This document shows, piece by piece, positions 1 to 8,611 of a stretch of DNA of 64,000 nt (position 1 is the stretch's first letter; every line of letters begins with the position of its first letter). The position numbers were made by a program, and so were the translations under genes. Under the pieces are notes generated by a model. The model worked only from the letters and a program-made list of their open reading frames with translations, made no database searches and had not been told where the DNA came from. Origin of the DNA: Clostridia bacterium (lineage in GTDB: Bacteria; Bacillota; Clostridia; RGIG7378); contig JAFYSJ010000003.1 of assembly GCA_017559445.1 (NCBI GenBank), forward strand, positions 1,913-65,912, read 5' to 3'.

Positions 1-1
1 G

Positions 2-3000
2 ACGAGAATTAGTGTTACATATACACATACAGGAACAAGTCAGGCAAGAATTTATCCATATTTGGTTTTGAATGGAAATGGAACTATATATATTGATTCA
101 CTTCAGTTAGAGGAGAGCAAGACAGCTACAAGATTTAACATAGTCAGAAACAGCGATTTTGCTAGTTCTAATACAAGCTCTGGTATATTGGGATGGGATC
201 TTTCTGATTCCACCAGAATAAGTAGAGTAAATATATCTTCAGCCACAGACACTTTGGATAACAATGTAATCAAGATGGAAGGAGATCCTAATAGCCGTGC
301 ATATGCATCTCAGGAGATTAGTATTTCCGGCAAAAGTGGAGATACATTTGTAGTATCAGCTTGGGCTAAGGCAGATTCTGCACGATTAGGTGAAGTACAA
401 ACTTATGCACAAGATAGAATGTTTGGAATAAAGGTGCAGCTTTATAATAATAGTAACCTAATAAGTCAGGATATCTTCTCCTTTAATCCAGATATAGACT
501 CTACTAACAATTGGCAATATTTAGCTGAAGAGGTAAAAGTAAATGGAACAGTTACCTCTATTAAAATAACTCTTCTTTACGACTTTAACCTTAATACTGC
601 ATATTTTGACGGAATCCAAATATATAGGGAGAAGTTCGGTACAGAATACACATATAACACTGATGCAAACATAAGCCAGATTATTGATGCAAATGGAGGA
701 GAAACAACTTTAACCTATACTACACAGAATAAAAACAACATAGAGACTGTTAAACTTCCGGACAAAACAGAGTATGGATATGTATACAATGCGTATAACC
801 AAGTAATAAAGGAAACAACACCAGAGGGCATAGTATATTCCTATGTTTATGATGACTATGGCAATAATATAAAGTCCTTTGTAGGAACAACATCAAATCC
901 AAAGCAAATAGGCATTGAAGCACAGTATACTTTTAATGGTGAGTATTTGTCTTGGATTACAGATACCGTAGGAAATAAGACTAGATATGGATATGATACG
1001 GCTACAGGACGTCTTATATGGGTTCAGTATCCTAATGATACAACCTCTACTAGAACTGAATACAAGTATGATTCTAGAGGAAGACTTGTGTCTACATCTA
1101 AATCTAATGGAACGGCTACGCTAAAGGAGACAAATGCTTATTCAGAGGGAATGTTAAGCGTGCTAACTCATACAGGACAATCTGCTACAGATGATACAGA
1201 CTATTCATTCTTGTATAACAATTGTGACCTCATAAGTAGTGTAAAGGTTGGTTCTAGAACATTAGCATCTTACACCTACAATAACGCATATGAGAAGCAG
1301 CTAACAACCCTCGTATATGGTAATGGTCATAGCATTAATTATGTTTACGATGAGCACGGAAGGACATCTAGTATAACATATGGTTCAAATGGCAATTCAG
1401 GTCTTACATATACCTATGATCAGGAAGGTAGACTTTCTGAGGTTACAGATTCGGATGCTGCTACTATTACGAAGTATGTTTATGACGAAACAGGTAGATT
1501 AGAAAAATATAGGATAACTTCTGGAAACAATGTTTTGTATCAGGAGGAGTATAGCTATAACCAACTGAATAATGTAACTGGCATAAAAGCCATTGTAAAT
1601 GATAAGTTTTTAATCTCAAATTATAGTTATAACGACAATAATGTATTGACTGAAATTGCAGAAACTTTTGGTTCTAATTCTATATCACAAAGACAGGTTT
1701 ATGCTTATGATACTCTTGGTAGATTGGCAACTATTTATTCTAAAGAGGGTGCCACGAATGTAGTGACTACAAGTTTGGATTACAAAGCACCGAATAATAG
1801 TCATGCAAGCAGCATGCTTGTATCTACTACAACTGTAGTATCACAGTGGATTAATACCTATGGTGGAACAACATCTAGCTATTATTATGAATACGATGGT
1901 AATGGCAATATTACTGAGATATCTCCTGATAATGTGTTTAATGATGGGGATGGTGTGGAATTCCAATATGATTCCATAAATCAGTTAACTAGAGTAAATG
2001 ATAAAATAAATAACGAGACATGGGTTTATACTTATGACTTAGGTGGCAATATAACCTCTAAGAAGAGATATGCATATACAACAGGCACCTTGGGCTCTGT
2101 ATTAGAAACCGTATCCTACTCTTATACAGATAGCAGCTGGGCAGACTTGCTTACATCTTATAATGGCAAGTCGATAACTTATGATGCAATAGGCAACACG
2201 TTAAGTGATGGCACGTGGACTTATACATGGGCGCGTGGCAGACAGCTAGCAAGTCAAAATGACGGCACAACAACATGGTCTTATACATACGATGCAACTG
2301 GTCAAAGACTTACTAAATCTAATGGAACACTTACATATCACTATATCTATAACGATATGCAGTTAATGTATATGAAGGTGAAAAATGGTTCTACTGTAGT
2401 ATGTGAGATGTATTTCCAGTATGGACAGCTTGGCCTCATGGCCATACAATATATTAGTAGTAGCTTGACAGACACATACTATGTAGTAACTAATGCTCAG
2501 GGTGATGTTGTTGCTCTGGTTGATGGTAGTGGAACAAAGGTTGTCGAATATACCTACGACGCATGGGGTAAGTTAACAAACATGACAGGCTCTAAGGTTG
2601 GCACAGTAGGTAAGTATAACCCCATCCGCTACAGAGATTATGTCTACGATACAGAAACACAGCTGTATTATCTCAACACTAGATACTACAATCCTGATAT
2701 GTGCAGGTTTATTAATGCAGATGGCTATGCAAGTACAGGAGATGAGCTTACAGGATCTAATATGTTTGCGTACTGTGCAAATAATCCTGTGAATATGACC
2801 GATCCAACAGGTGAGTTGCCAGATTGGGCAAATAAATGGATTGCTATTGTTACGGTAGCTACTGTTGTAGCTGTAGCTACGACAATAACAGTTATGACCT
2901 ATGGAGCAGGTTCTGTTGCTGGTGTTGCGATGATAAGTGCTACATTAACTTTATTAGCAAAAACAACCGAAGTCGCCGTGTTGCAAGTAAAAAAAGGGGT

Positions 3001-3307
3001 ATTGGAGGAAGATGATAGTAATCAAATCACACAAGATACAATTGAAGCAATTTATGATAACGGCTTGAAAATAATAGGTTTTACCCCTTTCACCAAGACA
3101 GTAGGAATAGGAGCTAATCATTTTTTAACAGCAACGGTTGTTAAGGATTTTGGAGGAATTCAGACATTGAATCAAACACTACAATCAACTGGTGGTAAGG
3201 CAATGCCTTATGCATTTGCTGCGATTGCGTGGGTAAACACAATTAATTCTGCATTTTCTAATGATCCTGAAAGTAGAGCTAAGTCAAGAGGATATGTATT
3301 AAAATGA
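2..3307 (+). CDS. RHS/YD-repeat polymorphic toxin (WapA-like), 5'-truncated by the window
   Basis: Frame is open from base 2, so the track start at 62 is not the real start. Many YD/YTYD repeats; RHS core end YYLNTRYYNPDMCRFINAD...NMFAYCANNPVNMTDPTG, then a 164-aa variable tip (2813-3307). Confidence 0.93.
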   Translation, partial: TRISVTYTHTGTSQARIYPYLVLNGNGTIYIDSLQLEESKTATRFNIVRNSDFASSNTSSGILGWDLSDSTRISRVNISSATDTLDNNVIKMEGDPNSRAYASQEISISGKSGDTFVVSAWAKADSARLGEVQTYAQDRMFGIKVQLYNNSNLISQDIFSFNPDIDSTNNWQYLAEEVKVNGTVTSIKITLLYDFNLNTAYFDGIQIYREKFGTEYTYNTDANISQIIDANGGETTLTYTTQNKNNIETVKLPDKTEYGYVYNAYNQVIKETTPEGIVYSYVYDDYGNNIKSFVGTTSNPKQIGIEAQYTFNGEYLSWITDTVGNKTRYGYDTATGRLIWVQYPNDTTSTRTEYKYDSRGRLVSTSKSNGTATLKETNAYSEGMLSVLTHTGQSATDDTDYSFLYNNCDLISSVKVGSRTLASYTYNNAYEKQLTTLVYGNGHSINYVYDEHGRTSSITYGSNGNSGLTYTYDQEGRLSEVTDSDAATITKYVYDETGRLEKYRITSGNNVLYQEEYSYNQLNNVTGIKAIVNDKFLISNYSYNDNNVLTEIAETFGSNSISQRQVYAYDTLGRLATIYSKEGATNVVTTSLDYKAPNNSHASSMLVSTTTVVSQWINTYGGTTSSYYYEYDGNGNITEISPDNVFNDGDGVEFQYDSINQLTRVNDKINNETWVYTYDLGGNITSKKRYAYTTGTLGSVLETVSYSYTDSSWADLLTSYNGKSITYDAIGNTLSDGTWTYTWARGRQLASQNDGTTTWSYTYDATGQRLTKSNGTLTYHYIYNDMQLMYMKVKNGSTVVCEMYFQYGQLGLMAIQYISSSLTDTYYVVTNAQGDVVALVDGSGTKVVEYTYDAWGKLTNMTGSKVGTVGKYNPIRYRDYVYDTETQLYYLNTRYYNPDMCRFINADGYASTGDELTGSNMFAYCANNPVNMTDPTGELPDWANKWIAIVTVATVVAVATTITVMTYGAGSVAGVAMISATLTLLAKTTEVAVLQVKKGVLEEDDSNQITQDTIEAIYDNGLKIIGFTPFTKTVGIGANHFLTATVVKDFGGIQTLNQTLQSTGGKAMPYAFAAIAWVNTINSAFSNDPESRAKSRGYVLK

Positions 3308-3534
3308 AGGAAGTATTAAGAGAAGTTGTAAAAATAGTATATGCAATATTGAGTGGAGGGGCAGCTTTAGTAGTTATTCTTAGCATAATATGCGAACTTG
3401 TAGGTGTTGCAAAGTATGAAAAACTTTTGAGCATATTGGGTATTTCAAATGGCTTTGAGAAAACTTTCATTTTTTCTGGAATTATAGTATTCCTTTGGAT
3501 AATGTCCTATATGATAAAAAATAAAATGGGATAA
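3304..3534 (+). CDS. Small two-TM protein, putative immunity protein of the RHS tip
   Basis: 76 aa, two hydrophobic segments; start overlaps the RHS stop (ATGA coupling); canonical immunity position. Confidence 0.65.
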   Translation: MKEVLREVVKIVYAILSGGAALVVILSIICELVGVAKYEKLLSILGISNGFEKTFIFSGIIVFLWIMSYMIKNKMG

Positions 3535-3810
3535 ATAAAGGAAGAAAATGGACTGCGGCGAAAATACGTCCCCCGCTATGGTAGCCAGTACGGTAGGTAT
3601 TTAACTGATCCAGGAACTTCTATCAATCAATTGGCATTAACTCCGGAAAATTCGTGTAATTTAACTTCCTATGTGGTAAATCGACCGTTTACTTTTAGAA
3701 CGGGAGTTGTTGACTCTTGTGCATGGGGGCCTGGTGGCGGTGTTCAGTACTTTTCTTGGATGTCTGTTCAACGATTGGTGCAATTTGGATTTTTGACACC
3801 ACTAGGATGA
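3535..3810 (+). pseudogene. Start-less orphan toxin tip, TNT/DUF4237-like NAD(P)+ glycohydrolase domain
   Basis: Manual translation: ...YVPRYGSQYGRYLTDPGTSINQLALTPENSCNLTSYVVNRPFTFRTGVVDSCAWGPGGGVQYFSWMSVQRLVQFGFLTPLG*. It carries the TNT motifs RYG-x3-G-x-Y and GGGxQY. An in-frame stop lies at 3532-3534 and there is no ATG before the domain. Confidence 0.75.
3549..3564 (+). repeat. 16-bp direct repeat TGGACTGCGGCGAAAA, copy 1
   Basis: Identical to 4468-4483; lies at the junction just before the TNT fragment. Confidence 0.85.
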
Positions 3811-3826
3811 GAGGGAGGTAACTATA

Positions 3827-4279
3827 ATGAAACAAATTAACATATGGGAGTATCTCATGCTTGACTCGTTTGATGTTGAAATGCCTTTTTCAAAATCAAA
3901 AACAGAGTTTATTAGTTATTCCCGTAAAAACAATATTCCAATAGACATACCTACTGAAATGCAAATTGTTGTCAAATCAAAATTACTGTTTCTTGATGTT
4001 GATTTTTTCATTTCATTTCAATTTAACGGGGAGAGATTAATTGCTATAACGATATCTCCTAATACAACAGTAGAAGGTAAAACTTTGGACTGTCGTTATA
4101 AAAAAATACAAAAAGCTTTAGAAAACGAATTAGGGTATCCTCATAATCGATTGAGGTCAATTATGAATTTGTTAGATCCTGATAATCGTTTATCGTATTG
4201 GAAGAAAGATGGGATTAAAATTGAACATTATCTTCTGAATCGGTTTGGAATGGAAGAAATCATTAACATTACATTATGA
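3827..4279 (+). CDS. Hypothetical protein, putative immunity protein of the orphan TNT tip
   Basis: 150-aa soluble ORF with SD GGAGG, 16 nt after the TNT fragment stop. Confidence 0.6.
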   Translation: MKQINIWEYLMLDSFDVEMPFSKSKTEFISYSRKNNIPIDIPTEMQIVVKSKLLFLDVDFFISFQFNGERLIAITISPNTTVEGKTLDCRYKKIQKALENELGYPHNRLRSIMNLLDPDNRLSYWKKDGIKIEHYLLNRFGMEEIINITL

Positions 4280-4313
4280 GCACGGTTTAAAATACACTAT
4301 CCCAGCAAGCATC

Positions 4314-4384
4314 GCGTTTGGTCACCCAAACGCAGACTTGTCAGGAATATTCCTGAAACCTTTAAAGGCTTGGGACTTTCCCAA
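4314..4384. repeat. Cluster of four closely spaced inverted repeats
   Basis: GCGTTTGG-tcac-CCAAACGC (4314-4333), TCAGGAATATTCCTGA (4341-4356), CCTTTAAAGG (4359-4368), TTGGGA-ctt-TCCCAA (4370-4384). Confidence 0.7.
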
Positions 4385-4396
4385 CAACCTGTCTTC

Positions 4397-4467
4397 AGCT
4401 ATTATTATGAATACGATGATAATGGCAATATTACTGAAATATCTCCTGATAATGTGTTTAATGATGG
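4397..4467 (+). repeat. 71-bp copy of the RHS core (1877-1947)
   Basis: 69/71 identical by manual alignment; encodes SYYYEYDDNGNITEISPDNVFNDG. Confidence 0.92.
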
Positions 4468-4483
4468 TGGACTGCGGCGAAAA
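4468..4483 (+). repeat. 16-bp direct repeat TGGACTGCGGCGAAAA, copy 2
   Basis: Begins exactly where identity with the RHS core ends. Confidence 0.85.
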
Positions 4484-4682
4484 CAGGTAACACCCCCTAT
4501 ACTACCATATGGGTATAGGCATTGAACCGCAATAATCTCATAGGGAGTAGTGTATAATCTAAGCAGAACAGCTAGAGACTTGTGTCAATGCGGTGAGAGA
4601 TGTTGAGAAACACATACCATCCACGTATCATACACCTAAATATACGGCATACAATTTAATAGAAAAACAAAGGCAGGCAAAT

Positions 4683-5858
4683 ATGACCAAGTTACTAAAG
4701 GGAGTTTTGACTGTCTTTTTTGTTGCCCTTCTTTTGACAGGATGTGGAGCGGAAGAGGACACAATCAAGATTGGCATAATATCTCCAAATACAGGGGCTC
4801 TAATGGTGTATGGCCAGTCCATGACAGACGCATATAAAATGGCCGTGGATGAGATTAACAAGTCGGGCGGAGTCTGTGGACGACAACTGGAGTTGGTCAT
4901 TAAGGACGACAAAATGGAGGCCACAGAGACGGTTAATTGTATGAACTCTCTTGTGGCAGACCAGGTGGGTCTGGTTATTGGTTCTGTTACATCTGCCTGT
5001 ACTGCTGCTATTACAGATATAGCGAACCAAGAAGAGGTTATTTTGCTTACACCCACAGCTACAGAGGACAGCATTGCAGGAGGAGATGACTTCGTATTTA
5101 GGGTGTGCTTTGCAGATAGTTTCCAAGGAGCAATTGCAGCAAAGTGTGCAAAGGGAATGGGATATTCCGAGGTTGGAGTCCTTTATTGTGCCTCTGACGC
5201 CTATTCCAAGGGTATATATAACGCCTTTGTTAAGGCTTGTGAAATTTTAGACTTACAAATAGTAGATGTGGAAACAGTGGCAGATGTAGCCTTGACCCAG
5301 GACTACTCCAATCAGTGGTCTGCCTTGGCCAGATCTCAAGTAGGATATGTCTTTGCACCCTTTTATTACTACACCGTAGGTCCATATCTGGTGCATCAGG
5401 CAAGGCAAGCTGGGTTCCAAGGGATCATAATGGGAGGAGATGGGTACGATGGCGCCAATGGTCTCCAATACCAGACAGGAGATTTGTCTGACTTTAATAA
5501 TGTGCTTTTTATTAACCACTATTTCCCTGGAGAAGGCAAGGGAGCAGACTTTTCACAGAAATTCATAGAACTTTATGGATATTTCCCAGATGCGTTCACA
5601 GCCCTAGCATACGATTCAGTCTATGTTTTGGCAGATGCCATAGAGAGAGCAGGGTCCTGGGAGCCATCTAAGGTAAGAGAAGCCTTGGGAGATGTGGATT
5701 ACAGATATTCCTGCGTTACAGGTGATTTTGCCTTTGACAGAACAGGTACTCCAATTAAGGGAGCAGTTATTGTGGAGTATATTTTTAACCCATTGAATCT
5801 AGAGGAAAACAAGGTGGAAACTAGACTTCGTGGAAGAATAACCGTAGGGGAGCAGTAA
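4683..5858 (+). CDS. livK: Branched-chain amino acid ABC transporter substrate-binding lipoprotein
   Basis: Lipobox LLTGC, IKIGIISPNTG, PTAT, ALAYDSVY; ATG at 4683 preferred because the signal peptide starts there. Confidence 0.88.
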   Translation: MTKLLKGVLTVFFVALLLTGCGAEEDTIKIGIISPNTGALMVYGQSMTDAYKMAVDEINKSGGVCGRQLELVIKDDKMEATETVNCMNSLVADQVGLVIGSVTSACTAAITDIANQEEVILLTPTATEDSIAGGDDFVFRVCFADSFQGAIAAKCAKGMGYSEVGVLYCASDAYSKGIYNAFVKACEILDLQIVDVETVADVALTQDYSNQWSALARSQVGYVFAPFYYYTVGPYLVHQARQAGFQGIIMGGDGYDGANGLQYQTGDLSDFNNVLFINHYFPGEGKGADFSQKFIELYGYFPDAFTALAYDSVYVLADAIERAGSWEPSKVREALGDVDYRYSCVTGDFAFDRTGTPIKGAVIVEYIFNPLNLEENKVETRLRGRITVGEQ

Positions 5859-6761
5859 ATGGAGAAATTTATTCAAACTCTATTTACGGGACTACAGATG
5901 GGCAGCATATACGCCCTTATTGCCATTGGATATACCATGGTTTACGGCATAGTCAGGCTGATTAACTTTGCCCACGGCGACCTGATCATGGTAGGAGGGT
6001 ACGCTTTGTTGTGGGCAATTCCAGTTTTGAGGGGGATGGGACTGCCCCTTGGAATAGCTGTTTTGCTGGCAGTAATTGTCTGTGCAGTTGTGGGGGTTGG
6101 AATGGAGGTTTTGCTGTATGCTCCTGCCCGCAAAAGAGGTCGAAAAATGTCAGCCCTAATTATGGCCATGGGAGTTAGCCTCATGCTTCAAAATGTTGCT
6201 CAATACTATTTGCGAGCAACAGGAACATTGTACGGGGCTGTGGTGCCATCTTTTCTGCCAGTAGGAAGGTTTCGATGCTTAGGTGTTTCCATGGCATGGA
6301 CAACTCCTATAACTATTACTGTTAGCCTTGCGTCCATGGGATTGTTGCAATGGATGGTTAACAAAACGCACATTGGCAGGGCCATGAGGGCAGTTTCTCA
6401 AGATGCGGAAGCGGTGGCATTGGTGGGAATAAGTAGGGAGAAGGTAATTGCATGGACCTTTGGAATAGGAGCGGGACTTGCAGGAGTGGCTTCAGCTCTA
6501 TGGTATTCTGTATATCCAGGTACATCTCCTGTGGCAGGAACTAGTTTAGGGTTATTTGCCTTTGTAGCAGGTGTCTTAGGTGGGATTGGCTCTCTGCCAG
6601 GTGCCATGGCGGGGGGATTGCTAATCGGGTTAATTTATTCCTTCACAGTAAGCTATATATCTTCCAGCATGTCGGAGACAGTTGTGTTTCTGACATTGGT
6701 TGTTGTGCTTTTGGTAAAGCCTGAAGGAATACTGGGCGAAAATAGGAGAGAAAAGGTATGA
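5859..6761 (+). CDS. livH: Branched-chain amino acid ABC permease
   Basis: GSIYALIAIGYTMVYGIVRLINFAHGD; GRAMRAVSQD. Confidence 0.93.
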   Translation: MEKFIQTLFTGLQMGSIYALIAIGYTMVYGIVRLINFAHGDLIMVGGYALLWAIPVLRGMGLPLGIAVLLAVIVCAVVGVGMEVLLYAPARKRGRKMSALIMAMGVSLMLQNVAQYYLRATGTLYGAVVPSFLPVGRFRCLGVSMAWTTPITITVSLASMGLLQWMVNKTHIGRAMRAVSQDAEAVALVGISREKVIAWTFGIGAGLAGVASALWYSVYPGTSPVAGTSLGLFAFVAGVLGGIGSLPGAMAGGLLIGLIYSFTVSYISSSMSETVVFLTLVVVLLVKPEGILGENRREKV

Positions 6762-7774
6762 GGGGCAGACGTTTTCTCTTAGTTGGCGCAGTAGCCGTAG
6801 TAGTGTGTCTATTTGGAACCGAAAGTATATTTTTCTCCCGAAGAGTAGTGCCGTTAATATGGCAAATTAGCTTCATGGTTTTGGCATCTTTGGCACTTAA
6901 CCTAGTTGTTGGCACAATGGGACAGTTATCTCTAGGACATTGCGGCTTTATGGCAATCGGTGCCTATTCGTCTGCCCTTTTGTCACTTTGGTGCCAGAGA
7001 CAGGGTGTTTTCCATGCAAAAGCAGGAATAACCTACTTGTTGGTTGTGGTTGTTTCTATACTTTTTGGCACGATTCTATCCTGGGGCATAGGGTATCTGA
7101 TAGGAATACCGGCCTTACGGCTAAAGGGAGACTATTTGGCCATATTAACACTGGGCTTTGGCATGATAGTGGTGAACGTGATCAACAATCTGTCTTTTGC
7201 AGGTATGGAGGGATTGAGCTTAGGGTCGAGTTCCTCTGTTTTGTATAGGAGCGGACTAGGTTTTAGCAATTCCATGCTGTGTAGGTGGATATGGCTCCCT
7301 GTGGTTACAGTAGGAGCGGTTTTGTATGTCTTAGACTGTTTCTTGAATTCACCCATGGGCAATAACATTAGGGCCATATGTCATGATTCAATTGGTGCAG
7401 CTGCCTGTGGAATAGATGTGGCAGGATGCAAGATAAGGGTCTTTGCCATGTCTGCTGGATTGGCAGGCCTTGCCGGTGGAATATACGCATGTAGCATGAC
7501 CACACTTACGACGGCCACCTTTGGCTTTGCAAATAATGGAATACTGAGCTCCTCCTTTTTGGTAGCCATATGTGTAATGGGAGGTCTTGGTTCGGTTAGG
7601 GGAGTAATAGTGTCTGCAACAGTAATGTGTATCCTGAACTATGGCTTGGGCCAAATGGGACTTAACCAAATGCCGGGATTCCTTGGGGTGGTATTTAGTT
7701 ATCCCATGTTAGTCTATGGCCTTTTGCTAATGGCATTTGTTCTGTATGTGCCAAGGAGGAAACGTGGAAGGTAG
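6758..7774 (+). CDS. livM: Branched-chain amino acid ABC permease
   Basis: GQLSLGHCGFMAIGAY; LRLKGDYLAILTLGFG. Confidence 0.92.
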   Translation: MRGRRFLLVGAVAVVVCLFGTESIFFSRRVVPLIWQISFMVLASLALNLVVGTMGQLSLGHCGFMAIGAYSSALLSLWCQRQGVFHAKAGITYLLVVVVSILFGTILSWGIGYLIGIPALRLKGDYLAILTLGFGMIVVNVINNLSFAGMEGLSLGSSSSVLYRSGLGFSNSMLCRWIWLPVVTVGAVLYVLDCFLNSPMGNNIRAICHDSIGAAACGIDVAGCKIRVFAMSAGLAGLAGGIYACSMTTLTTATFGFANNGILSSSFLVAICVMGGLGSVRGVIVSATVMCILNYGLGQMGLNQMPGFLGVVFSYPMLVYGLLLMAFVLYVPRRKRGR

Positions 7775-8528
7775 AGGATTAATTCAGACAGAAAACGTGA
7801 GTATATCCTTCGGGGGAATCCATGCTGTTTCGGACCTTAACATGGGAGTTTGTCAGGGACAGATAGTAGGAATAATGGGCCCTAACGGAGCCGGTAAGAC
7901 CACAGTCTTTAATTTGCTAACGGGAGTATATGCCCCAACAAGTGGGAAAATATATGTAAATGGTATTGGTATGGAGGGTAAATCCATGGACCAATTTGTC
8001 AAAGCTGGTGTTGCAAGGACCTTTCAGAACATAAGGTTATTTGGAAATATGACTGTGTTGGAAAATGTCATGGTTTCTGTAGCCAATAAAGGGCGAATTA
8101 GTCTAAAAAATAGTCTGTTTAAAACAGAATATTACATAAGGAGACAGAATGAGGTAAAAAATGAGGCTTTTGAGCTCCTTAAACTCTTTGATTTGCATGC
8201 CAAGGCTCAGGTTTTGGCAGGAGAATTACCATATGGACAGCAGAGACAACTGGAGATTGTCCGAGCATTTGCAACTGGGGCAAAGGTGATTTTGCTAGAT
8301 GAACCTGCAGCAGGAATGAATCCCACTGAGATCATGAAGCTTAAATGTGACCTTAGGCAGTTGGTAGATAGGATGGGACTAAGCCTTGTGTTAATTGAGC
8401 ACCACATGGATCTGGTAATGGGACTTTGCGATTACATCTATGTTTTAGATTTTGGCAAGGTGATTTGCCAAGGGACACCAAGGGAAGTTCAGAGAAATCC
8501 TAAGGTAATTTCTGCCTATCTTGGATGA
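7764..8528 (+). CDS. livG: Branched-chain amino acid ABC ATPase
   Basis: GPNGAGKTT, RTFQNIRLF, LPYGQQRQLEI, LLDEPAAG, AYLG end; GTG start after AGGAGG. Confidence 0.93.
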   Translation: MEGRGLIQTENVSISFGGIHAVSDLNMGVCQGQIVGIMGPNGAGKTTVFNLLTGVYAPTSGKIYVNGIGMEGKSMDQFVKAGVARTFQNIRLFGNMTVLENVMVSVANKGRISLKNSLFKTEYYIRRQNEVKNEAFELLKLFDLHAKAQVLAGELPYGQQRQLEIVRAFATGAKVILLDEPAAGMNPTEIMKLKCDLRQLVDRMGLSLVLIEHHMDLVMGLCDYIYVLDFGKVICQGTPREVQRNPKVISAYLG

Positions 8529-8611
8529 ACGCAAAAAATGTCATCTTTTAAGTTTGTTTAAGTTGATGTAATATATAGTTTATATTACGAACTATGACTC
8601 ATGGAGGGTAC

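Noticed and set aside
4245-4490. 81-aa ORF in the track
   Set aside because: It runs across the hairpin cluster and reads the RHS duplicate out of frame; overlaps the previous gene; a chance ORF over a rearranged junction.
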